DNA of 64,000 nt from an uncultured Chloroflexia bacterium (GTDB lineage: Bacteria > Chloroflexota > Chloroflexia > QHBQ01 > JADMIH01), in assembly GCA_963797095.1 (NCBI GenBank), contig CAWCNY010000008.1:32001-96000 (forward strand). The letters run 5' to 3'. This document shows, piece after piece, positions 30,501 to 37,790 of this stretch (position 1 is the first letter of the stretch; the number at the start of each line of letters is the position of its first letter). The notes below the pieces were generated by a model. That model did no database searches. It was not told the origin of the DNA and saw only the letters and a list, made by a program, of their open reading frames with translations. Both the position numbers and the translations under genes were made by a program.

Positions 30501-30684
30501 TGAGCTTGAGGTGCTGGGCTTGCTGGCGGAGGGGGCATCCAACTCCGAGATAGCCGAGCAACTTGTGCTTGCTATCAACACCGTCAAGCGTCACGTCAGC
30601 AATATCTTTGAGAAGCTTGGGACCTCCAGCCGCACCCAGACGATAGCCCAGGCGCGGGCGCTCGGCCTGCTCGTTGATGAATAG
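27520..30684 (+). CDS. MalT-like STAND ATPase/TPR/LuxR transcriptional regulator
   Basis: APTGFGKST, WVSLD, LVLDDYH, TEGW, WYRYHHLFAE; C-terminal 'LSERELEVL...NTVKRHVSNIFEKL'. Confidence 0.93.
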   Translation: MATPTQAVDQLLATKFFVPVASQPLVARTRLTALLNEGLHRRLTLVCAPTGFGKSTLLAEWVRSLPPPPDGPFVAWVSLDEDDDNPARFGDYIISALDRSFPGVGSRALQYLHAPEGRNTRTGLIALINGLAGSGAEHLLVLDDYHYATDPEIHSALAYVLDHLPPNVHIVISTRSEPPPSLPLSRWRARGELVEVHTDDLRTTVDEGIRFLRYTAGVELPDAESQELIQRTEGWLVGLQLLALSVRGSSEPVSVLEELSGTQEYIVDYLTEEVLRRQPQEVQTFLLSTSILNELNASLCDAVMGYEQSEGHEDDSSPSAHRMGQRGAGEGREFASSSEAGSGSRKWEDSQAILRYLERSNLFLVRLDAQRQWYRYHHLFAEALRYQLEHRNAGSDEPGTASAAPIPLLYRRASTWYAARGRNREAVDYALLASDWGLAVDLIQAQLGEITMRMPAEMPTLRRWFARLPEAVLHAQPRLCIAYVNALFWTGQTWQAFPWLDAAETALRKPPGGDMPAGTEPELGDEPRSGYPEPERERMLGDAIAKRAFTFAAFEEDAERALALCDEACSHLAGEDHNELSIVAWARELAHISLGRATDARANALGKAGHRRSAGFIYLYIAALADVAALFQVEGKLHAAEQTFAQAIALGNPEDRPAYSSAAFAYIFEAELLREWNRLDEALVAASKGLQIAGDMWAPVLRRSGTYEVLVRLHLSRGELDEALHALEGANLTPELAREEGDPQPVTGMQPAGTAHDPTGPRGAQGEGLQERYMHPWCADAERVRLWLARGEVDRAVRWAEQLVRQRQVDLSAYGRPYPAQYRRDCEDVARARVALGLSRLDEALEMLEPVAVRAEEGGRRSHLIEIKLLQALAHSMRSQKGEKGEEEKALTLLEEAVRLGEAEGFIRSFVDEGPRLAALLSRLRARERHSQVSTPGAGTMEYLDVLLAAFEGDGPASLTSKSKRTPVAVKLRGPGAGGAGIADRVLVEPLSERELEVLGLLAEGASNSEIAEQLVLAINTVKRHVSNIFEKLGTSSRTQTIAQARALGLLVDE

Positions 30685-30708
30685 CGTTTCGTCTGCTGCG
30701 CTCACCGC

Positions 30709-31029
30709 CTATCCGTCCAAAGGGCGGGTGGAGGACGGGCCTGGGGAGTTTGCGTACACGTCGTATTCGGACTGCTGGTTGACGGTCATTATTCTGAGTA
30801 TTTCAATGTCGCCTTCCTTCAGGTCGTCGTGCAGGAGGTCTCGCTCCGCCTCATCTGCTGCACTGTCTCGCTCAATCCTGGCCGCTTCGCGTTTCAGGTC
30901 GCGTTCTACCCGGCGCCGCACCTGCTCGAGCTTGCCACTCGCCTCACGCATAACTGAATCCAGTTGCGTGAGTGGTGCTGAGTTGTCAGGTTCGCGGGCT
31001 GCCTCGGTTCTCTTGTTATTGCGTGACAT
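30709..31029 (-). CDS. Small hypothetical protein
   Basis: Charged helical ORF; RBS GGAGGG before ATG 31029. Confidence 0.5.
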   Translation of the reverse strand: MSRNNKRTEAAREPDNSAPLTQLDSVMREASGKLEQVRRRVERDLKREAARIERDSAADEAERDLLHDDLKEGDIEILRIMTVNQQSEYDVYANSPGPSSTRPLDG

Positions 31030-31119
31030 AGTCGTAAGTCCCTCCAGAGGTGCGCCCCTTCTCCGTCCATGTTTCGCAAACGTAGGTATGTGCTCACTCG
31101 AAGAAGGGGCGCTCCACAA

Positions 31120-31566
31120 TTACGCGGTGGTCTTCGCCGGTGGCCGGTTTTCCAGAGATTTGGCGTAGGTCCGTGACTGGGTTGCATCGAGCATGGCCGC
31201 GTTCGCCTCAGCCGCCGCCGTATTAGCAAACTCGGTGGCAAGCTCGGCGTAGGCTTCATCCAGATCAGCGGCCATTTGCGCGGTGTCCACATCAAGAGCA
31301 GTCTTGTTCGCAGCCGCTCTGGTGCGCGCGGCAGCAACCTGGTCGTTGAAGCTCTTCTGCACACCGCGCCAGTGCGCAGACACGGAGTCGTGGATGTTGT
31401 CCAGCTTGCCCGAGAACGCAGCCTGGGCCTCCTGCACCGACTTCTGAGCCTCTGCGACTTCCGCGTCGAGTTCCTGTACATTCTCCTCATTGAGCTCAAC
31501 AGCGCGCTTTTCAAAGGCGGCTGCCTTCTGGCTCATTTCGAGCAATTGTTCCGATAGCTTCTTCAT
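31120..31566 (-). CDS. Alanine-rich coiled-coil hypothetical protein
   Basis: 148 aa, RBS AGGAG, downstream of a regulon promoter. Confidence 0.75.
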   Translation of the reverse strand: MKKLSEQLLEMSQKAAAFEKRAVELNEENVQELDAEVAEAQKSVQEAQAAFSGKLDNIHDSVSAHWRGVQKSFNDQVAAARTRAAANKTALDVDTAQMAADLDEAYAELATEFANTAAAEANAAMLDATQSRTYAKSLENRPPAKTTA

Positions 31567-31650
31567 TGTCTTCTCCTTTTGTCTTTGTCCTTGTGCCCAA
31601 GTTTGTCCTGGTCTCTACCGGCTATGAAGCATATCTCTGCCGGCAATTGC

Positions 31651-31694
31651 AGTGTAGCCGTCTTCTAACCGGTGGTCATGGCCCGAAAGTGCCA
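31651..31694 (-). promoter_or_regulatory. Regulon promoter 4
   Basis: Sense TGGCACTTTCGGGCCATGA; ATGACC-17 bp-TACACT. Confidence 0.75.
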
Positions 31695-31791
31695 AAAGCC
31701 GGAATCAACTCTGGAGAGGCCTGGCCGGCCCTCGATGATACTTTGTAGCCAAAGGACCTGGCCTTTCGTATCCCAACTTGTGACGCGCTTT

Positions 31792-31835
31792 TGGCACTCT
31801 TGGGCCATGACCAGGGGCGTACCTGCATCTATACT
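31792..31835 (+). promoter_or_regulatory. Regulon promoter 5 (doxX-like operon)
   Basis: TGGCACTCTTGGGCCATGA; ATGACC-17 bp-TATACT. Confidence 0.78.
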
Positions 31836-31880
31836 TCGGATGCAGGCTCAACCTGTAACAGCCATAAGCTGACCGGAAAA

Positions 31881-31936
31881 GCCGACGGCTGACGGCTGAC
31901 GGCTGACAACCGATAACTGTTAGCTGATAGCTGACA
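31881..31936. repeat. Degenerate heptamer array (GCTGACG-like x8) in a 5' UTR
   Basis: gccgacg gctgacg gctgacg gctgaca accgata actgtta gctgata gctgaca. Confidence 0.8.
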
Positions 31937-31952
31937 ACAAGGAGTTAGGGAT

Positions 31953-32324
31953 ATGAAATCGCCACAAGTTATAGCTCGCCCACTGGCAGCTTCTATCTTC
32001 ATCTTAAGTGGAGGGGATGTGATCAGAGACCCGAGCGACCGCGCTCGGGCCGCAGCCTCCATGGGGGTGCCCCAGCCCGAACTGGCTGTGCGAGCAAATG
32101 CCGTCGTCATGATGCTGGCTGGTGCCGCCCTGGCCCTGGGTATCTTCCCGCGCCGGGCAGCTGCTCTGCTTGCCGGTACGCTGGTACCCACAACGCTTGC
32201 TGGGCACCCATTCTGGAAGGAACAGGACCCCCAGAAGCGCAAAGGGCAGCTCGCTCACTTCTTGAAGAATCTCTCTATACTTGGCGGGCTTCTCTTCATC
32301 GCCGGCGGTGAGGGCCCCAGCTAG
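31953..32324 (+). CDS. DoxX-family membrane protein
   Basis: 'ARPLAASIFI..G', 'PTTLAGHPFW', 'HFLKNLSILGGLL'. Confidence 0.9.
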   Translation: MKSPQVIARPLAASIFILSGGDVIRDPSDRARAAASMGVPQPELAVRANAVVMMLAGAALALGIFPRRAAALLAGTLVPTTLAGHPFWKEQDPQKRKGQLAHFLKNLSILGGLLFIAGGEGPS

Positions 32325-32354
32325 GGCCGCAGGCTAGAGCACATTGCACTTTTT

Positions 32355-32390
32355 GTGGAACACGCTGCCGATGGGCACAGCGTGTTCCAC
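32355..32390 (+). terminator. Intergenic hairpin
   Basis: 13-bp arms GTGGAACACGCTG / CAGCGTGTTCCAC. Confidence 0.45.
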
Positions 32391-32419
32391 GCGCGATATG
32401 TTCGATATGTTACGGTAGA

Positions 32420-33340
32420 GTGGCAGCAAGGAGTACATCAATGGCACCATCAAATGCAACATCATCGGAATTGACATTGACTAAGACCGACCTAGACGTT
32501 CTGCAGACGATCCCACTTTTTCGAGATCTTCCTGAAAATGACCTGCGGCAACTGTTGGGTTTGCTCGCAGAGCGCACTTTCCAGGCGGGAGAGGAGATCG
32601 TTTCGCCAAATCACCCCAACGATGGCCTATCAGCAGGGTATCTTGTGGTCAGTGGGCAGGTGCAGCTATCTTTGCGCGACGAGGACGGACGGTATATTCC
32701 CCTCGATATAGTGGAGCCTGGCGAGTATTTCGGCGAACAAGTCCTCGGTACCGGCGAGGCAAGGCAGATGACCGCGAAGGCTCTTACTCCGATCAGGGTG
32801 GTAGAACTCGACCGGGACATCTTGTTTGACTTCCTTGATAGTCACCCCGCCGCCGCCAGGCATACAATAATGGGGCTGGCTCGTCGCCTGCGAGAGACCG
32901 AGCACGTGCTGCAATACAGGGCCAGCCAGAACCCGAACACCGTTGGTGAGAAGCAGGTGAGCCTGGGGCAGCGCATAGCCGACCGCATAGCCGACTTTAG
33001 CGGAAGCCTTGTCTTTCTGAATATCAACGTGCTGCTGTTTGCAACCTGGATAATCGTCAACCAGCCCGCAAGCCCCCTCAGGTTCGATCCGTTCCCTTTT
33101 TCCTTCCTCACGATGATGGTGTCGCTTGAGGCGATACTCCTCTCGATCTTCGTCCTCATCAGCCAGAATCGCCAGGCAGACAGGGATCGCATCAAGGCAG
33201 ACCTGGACTACCAGGTGAACCTCAAGGCCGAGCTTGAGATAGCCCTTATCCTCAAGCAGCTCACCGAGTTGCAAAATCGAGTGGAGATGGTACAGCAGGA
33301 TCAGGCGCACCTGCGGAGCTCGCTGGGCCATCTGAAGTGA
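32420..33340 (+). CDS. Cyclic-nucleotide-binding domain + DUF1003 membrane protein
   Basis: 'PGEYFGE' CNB motif; 'RIADRIADFSGS...FDPFPFSFLTMMVSLEAILLSIFVLISQNRQ'. Confidence 0.9.
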   Translation: MAARSTSMAPSNATSSELTLTKTDLDVLQTIPLFRDLPENDLRQLLGLLAERTFQAGEEIVSPNHPNDGLSAGYLVVSGQVQLSLRDEDGRYIPLDIVEPGEYFGEQVLGTGEARQMTAKALTPIRVVELDRDILFDFLDSHPAAARHTIMGLARRLRETEHVLQYRASQNPNTVGEKQVSLGQRIADRIADFSGSLVFLNINVLLFATWIIVNQPASPLRFDPFPFSFLTMMVSLEAILLSIFVLISQNRQADRDRIKADLDYQVNLKAELEIALILKQLTELQNRVEMVQQDQAHLRSSLGHLK

Positions 33341-34442
33341 GGGCGACCGTCTCCTCAGAGGGGTTCAAATAGTCATGAACAAGCTGGATGGTTGGGCGGG
33401 CCAGCATTCCAATCGTAGAGGCTATCGGTATCCCAAAGAACGCACCCCAGAAGCCGCCCAACTGGCCGAATATGAGGATGGAGGCCGTCGTCACAAGCGG
33501 GTGCATCTTCACCGCTTTCGCCATTATCCGAGGGCTTACCACGTTCAGATATATCCCCTGCATGATAGCGAGTACCAGGAACAGGATCAACGTCTCGTCG
33601 GGCCGGGCAACCAGGCAAACCAGCACCGGCGGAATGTACGCCAGGTAATTACCGACCAACGGAATCATGATAAACAGCCCCGCTAGCAGCGATGCTACGG
33701 CCACATTCGGCAGGCCGAAGGCGAGCATTGCCAGGGCGGTAAGGACTCCGTACGCGAGGGCGGCGAGGAGCTGCCCGCGTACAAAGCTGCCGAAACTCGT
33801 TTCGACCGCCTTGACGAGCAGATTAGCCCTCTCCCGCCACCGCTCAGGCAACGCGGCCAGGGCCTTACCCCCCAACTCACCACCGTCCACCAAGAATGAA
33901 ACTGAGAAGACCAGCACAAGGGAGATGCGGAAAAGCTCGTTCGCGATCCCCCCAACTGCGCCAACTCCGCCTGTGAGCACGAACTGGCCGGCGCTCTCGG
34001 CTGCGTCTCTTATCTTATTCTCTGCCTGCTGTATATCCGAGGGGTTTATGCCTAACGAGGCCAGCGCTCCCTTCGCGGAATCGATGAGGCCGTTCAGCTT
34101 ACCCGTGTACTCGTCAAAGTGGTTGCTGATCTGGGCGGCCTGTTCGGTAATGGCAGGGATAAGCAGATAGACAACCAGAAGCCCCAGTACAGGCCCGATG
34201 ATATACACCAGAGACACCGCTACCCCGAACGGCAGCCCGACCCGTGTGATCCTCAGAACCAGGGGCCTTAGCAGATAAGCGAGGAGCCAGGCGAGGAAGA
34301 AGAGCACAAAAGTGCCCAGGAACTGGGACAGGAAGAGCCAGGCAACGCCTATCAGGTAAGTAACGGCGACGAGGATAAGCAGAGAAAGGAGTATCTGCAC
34401 CCGTCGGAATGAATTCGCGGAGCGAAGAAGCTGCGCTTGCAT
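33261..34442 (-). CDS. AI-2E-family transporter
   Basis: 'FVRGQL', 'IPLVG', 'PRIM...MHPL', 'GFWGAFFGIP'. Confidence 0.9.
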   Translation of the reverse strand: MQAQLLRSANSFRRVQILLSLLILVAVTYLIGVAWLFLSQFLGTFVLFFLAWLLAYLLRPLVLRITRVGLPFGVAVSLVYIIGPVLGLLVVYLLIPAITEQAAQISNHFDEYTGKLNGLIDSAKGALASLGINPSDIQQAENKIRDAAESAGQFVLTGGVGAVGGIANELFRISLVLVFSVSFLVDGGELGGKALAALPERWRERANLLVKAVETSFGSFVRGQLLAALAYGVLTALAMLAFGLPNVAVASLLAGLFIMIPLVGNYLAYIPPVLVCLVARPDETLILFLVLAIMQGIYLNVVSPRIMAKAVKMHPLVTTASILIFGQLGGFWGAFFGIPIASTIGMLARPTIQLVHDYLNPSEETVALTSDGPASSAGAPDPAVPSPLDFATR

Positions 34443-34445
34443 ATC

Positions 34446-34715
34446 CTAAACGTCCAGCGCCACCAGGGGCACTTCTGCTTCCTCAAATTGCTTGAGACTG
34501 GGGAAGCACTTCATGCATATGTTGGGCAGGGGCACCGGGTAGAAACCCGACCCCCCGCTTCCGCTCATGCCCCCTACCATATCTGCCCACTCCCCTTCCA
34601 TGCCGCCAGGGCTTTCCCCGCACACTGCAACATCGACCGTCGGGTTATCCTCGTCCACAGCCTGTAGATGGACTCTGTTGTCCGTTGGGTTCACAACTAA
34701 TCTGATCTTTGTCAT
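34446..34715 (-). CDS. Small Cys-containing hypothetical protein (possible Zn binding)
   Basis: RBS AAGGAG; 'VHL...AVCG...ICMKC' H/C/CxxC pattern. Confidence 0.55.
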   Translation of the reverse strand: MTKIRLVVNPTDNRVHLQAVDEDNPTVDVAVCGESPGGMEGEWADMVGGMSGSGGSGFYPVPLPNICMKCFPSLKQFEEAEVPLVALDV

Positions 34716-34809
34716 GGCCGTCTCCTTGTGAGTGGGAGGGGCCGGGGTAAACTCGACCTGTCCAACCCCAGCCCATCCATCAGTTGCTATGGCTGCGCGG
34801 CCGCTTCCT

Positions 34810-35374
34810 TTAGCGCCTGCCTGCAAGGACCTGCTGCACCCGATCCTGCTGCTGGGGGGTCAGGTTTGTGCGAATGATAGTGCCTCCCGTTCCACGGAAG
34901 AAGTTGTCAACCTGGTCGGGGTTGAGAACTCTCTACCAGAGCGAAAATGGCTGAGCTGCCAGGCTTTATATTCTGCGACACCTGATAGACGAAATCCTCA
35001 GACAGGCCGAACTCATCCTTGTCAAAAGATGCGGTCGCCGCCCCTGTCAGGCCGCCAAGGGCCCCGCCACCCATGGCACCCGCCGCGATAGTTCCGGCTG
35101 CGGCGGTTGCGCTCATGCCGCCGGTGAAGGGAGCGAACAGCAGGCCACCAATTACGGTGCCCCAAAGGACCCCCCATCCCGCGCCCTCTCCGGTGGTCAT
35201 CTGGTAGCTGTCCAGAACGTTGAACTTGCCGTTCACATTCCTTTCAACCGCTATCGCATCGTGTAGGTCCACTATCCAGTTGTCGTTGAGACTTCGCAGA
35301 ACGTTCATGGTTTCTTGGGCCTTGTACTCGTCGTCGTAGGCCACTACAATCAAGTCTTCCATCAAGTCTTCCAT
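34810..35374 (-). pseudogene. Second DUF1269 paralog with a +1 frameshift near 34925
   Basis: Close paralog of 21010..21561; the shifted frame continues NPDQVDNFFRGTGGTIIRTNLTPQQQDRVQQVLAGRR*. Confidence 0.8.
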
Positions 35375-35517
35375 TGTTTTTCTCCTCTCTTATCTTGTTG
35401 CTAATACCGCTATCGCTGTCGCCTGTCGAACCTAAGTTCTCAGTCCTGGCGCTCAGTACGCCGGTTGCCCTCTGCCGCTGTCGAGCAATTGCTCACCGGC
35501 ATATCCAATGTATGTCC

Positions 35518-35562
35518 AGTGTAGTCATTTCCCACCCGGCCCGTCATGCCCCAAAAGTGCCA
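35518..35562 (-). promoter_or_regulatory. Regulon promoter 6 (DUF1269/AI-2E operon)
   Basis: Sense TGGCACTTTTGGGGCATGA; ATGACG-18 bp-TACACT. Confidence 0.72.
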
Positions 35563-35889
35563 AAAGAGCCAGGTGCGCCGCCAGGCGCGACTGATACTTT
35601 CTAGCCAAAACGCTCGACCCCGTATGTTTCTTGCTTGTCCTGCTCTTTTGATACTGTGGACCATGACGTGCGCTACACCCAGCTTCATATTTAGAGTGGA
35701 ATGAGCATACGGCCACGGCGATAGCGGCTGCTATACGGCACATATGGGCACCGCAAGGCGGGCCTTAGATGAGCCTTAGGTGAGGAGGGTATGCGATAGA
35801 TACGCAGCAGAAAACCTCGGCGCAGCAAGCCCGCGACAGATCAACCGGGCAGCAGCAAAACCAACAGAACCAACACAGCAACGCCCGGA

Positions 35890-36023
35890 GGGCACCCACG
35901 GAGGGCGGAACGAGCAGTGTACCGAAGAGCGCCTGCAACAGGTGCAGCTGGCCGATTTGCTGCAGGGCTATTAATGGACTGGAGTTGGATACAGTGATCT
36001 GCGGCGAGGGGGGCCGAGGTCAC
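35890..36023 (-). pseudogene. DUF3368 PIN-like toxin, 5' fragment
   Basis: Shifted frame reads ITVSNSSPLIALQQIGQLHLLQALFGTLLVPPSV; overlaps the UPF0175 stop (GTGA). Confidence 0.7.
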
Positions 36024-36280
36024 AGAGCTCCGCTCCGCGCTCGTTCCTCAGCCCACTCATCTTGAGAGAGGGTAAAGTAGGGTACACCTAACCGCGAGGC
36101 GTAGTGGATGAGTTCCCAGCGGCTTATACCGAGTAGCTCGGCGGCTTTACCGCTGGAGACCACACCCCGGCGGTACAGTTCCAGCACGATCAATTCACGC
36201 GCTGACTGCTGCACGGGTTGATTGAACTGGTGAAGCAAGGCCACAGGGTCTTCCTGCAACTCAATATTAACGCTGGCCAT
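36020..36280 (-). CDS. UPF0175-family antitoxin
   Basis: 'LELYRRGVVSSGKAAELLGISRWE'. Confidence 0.85.
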   Translation of the reverse strand: MASVNIELQEDPVALLHQFNQPVQQSARELIVLELYRRGVVSSGKAAELLGISRWELIHYASRLGVPYFTLSQDEWAEERARSGAL

Positions 36281-36330
36281 CCTGATTCCCCCCATGGCAC
36301 TTCTACCCGGCGGCTTATGCACTGTTTACC

Positions 36331-37152
36331 CTATGCCATGCTCAACAGCTCGTTCGTTTCCGTTTTTGCAGACCTGGAAGCAATTGCGGCCATTGCAGAT
36401 GAATTGAAGCCTTTGACAATCAGCCACACCGCCAGAACCATTTCATGCACAGCGATGGGAAGGATCAGGAGCGCGTACCCGGTCACAGGACTATCGCTGA
36501 ACAAGGCCAACAAGCAAGCCGCCAGCATCAGGACACTTGCAGCAATGCCCCAGCCCGACAGCCACCGGGGAATTAGCCGCGATTGGAAGAACAGGTAGTA
36601 GTACATGACGGCACCCAGGCAGAAGGCGAAGACCCCCACCAGAGAGGCGTGTTCGCGCACGCTCAGCAGCAAATCGCCAATGGCCTGAAACGGAGCAAGA
36701 TCGGCAGCTCCTGCATTTCCTGCATTTGCGATGTGTTGGCTGAGTGTCGCCAGGGACAGCAGGCTCACGACTGCGGCTATGTACATGACCGCCTCGATGG
36801 TCCTGAAGACAACAGATCCAAGGGCCACCCCCGCGTTCCACTTCTTCAACACCGGATAGAGCGAAATGGCTATCCCGACGCTGGAGAAAGCAGCGATGAG
36901 ATATAAGAGCGCTCCGCCGGCCAACTGGCTTGCGTTTGCGGCCACTTTGGTAAGGTAATCTGTACCACTCAGAACAGGTGCAACCGCCGCAGCAGCCAGA
37001 GCTGCGACAGTCGCAATTATGAACAGAACGCCCGTAATGACCGCATTCTTTCTACTTGAATTCATCTGTTTGTCTCCTTCAATTGCTGAGGTGTTGTTGA
37101 TCGAATCTATTCTTTCGTTGGTAGCCATCGCGTTGGTAGTTATCGTAGCCAT
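36331..37152 (-). CDS. DUF4386-family membrane protein
   Basis: 'AVITGVLFIIAT', 'LYPVLK', 'FRTIEA', 'SRLIPRWLS.WG', 'EMVLAVWLIVKGF'; alternative start at 37065. Confidence 0.88.
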   Translation of the reverse strand: MATITTNAMATNERIDSINNTSAIEGDKQMNSSRKNAVITGVLFIIATVAALAAAAVAPVLSGTDYLTKVAANASQLAGGALLYLIAAFSSVGIAISLYPVLKKWNAGVALGSVVFRTIEAVMYIAAVVSLLSLATLSQHIANAGNAGAADLAPFQAIGDLLLSVREHASLVGVFAFCLGAVMYYYLFFQSRLIPRWLSGWGIAASVLMLAACLLALFSDSPVTGYALLILPIAVHEMVLAVWLIVKGFNSSAMAAIASRSAKTETNELLSMA

Positions 37153-37224
37153 TGTCTTTCTCCTTTTTGACTATTTCGTATACTGACGAGTTTCGTTGAT
37201 ACGCATCTGCGTGCTCTACCTGCT

Positions 37225-37491
37225 CTACCTGGCCGGGTCTGACACTCCGGCACCAATGACTGAGATCAGTGGCATTCCTAGATCACGCACTTTTCTCAGC
37301 AAGCCATGTAGCGCCGCCTGATCAACCACCCGGCCTGTTAGAAGCATATCGCCGTTGTCTGCCAGCTTGAGGGCCATACCTTCAAACCAGGCGGCCCACC
37401 GGTTATCAAGGTGTCCCTTGATACGAATCTCATAAAGTCCAGGCTCGTCTTGGACCTCATGGTCCTCGGGCGCTGTGTATGTTTCACTCAT
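37225..37491 (-). CDS. Conserved small protein typically adjacent to MalT-like regulators
   Basis: 'YEIRIKGHLDNRWAAWFEG...DQAALHGLLRKVRDLGMPLISV'. Confidence 0.85.
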   Translation of the reverse strand: MSETYTAPEDHEVQDEPGLYEIRIKGHLDNRWAAWFEGMALKLADNGDMLLTGRVVDQAALHGLLRKVRDLGMPLISVIGAGVSDPAR

Positions 37492-37608
37492 TTTGCGCCT
37501 CCTGCATTTCCCTCATGTAATGGTTCCCTCCAGGACAGCTGAAGCTCCTCGTGGTTGGATTGCTTCTTGCCTTCCGCCAGAGCATACAAACCAATGCAAT
37601 GAGACAGC

Positions 37609-37626
37609 ATCAACACATGTGTTGAT
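37609..37626. promoter_or_regulatory. Palindromic operator candidate for the second MalT-like regulator
   Basis: ATCAACACATGTGTTGAT, followed by an extra half-site ATGTGTTGAT. Confidence 0.55.
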
Positions 37627-37689
37627 TGATGTGTTGATCTATGCAACCGGCACGCTGCGAGCGGCGAGGGACGTGTGATGGCAATATAA

Positions 37690-37725
37690 AGCCCCGGCAG
37701 GCGGTACGACAAACCTGCCGGGGCT
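37690..37725 (-). terminator. Hairpin downstream of the regulator gene
   Basis: 12-bp arms AGCCCCGGCAGG / CCTGCCGGGGCT followed by TTAT on the minus strand. Confidence 0.55.
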
Positions 37726-37790
37726 ACGAGCTGTGTGTGGTGTTATATGGGTGTTATGCGGTTCTTGTTTGCGCGTTCGTTACGGCAACG

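Noticed and set aside
31792-31810. TGGCAC motif read as a sigma54 -24/-12 promoter
   Set aside because: The spacing is GG-N9-GC at best rather than GG-N10-GC, there is no TTGC, and each copy has a well-placed sigma70-type -10 box.
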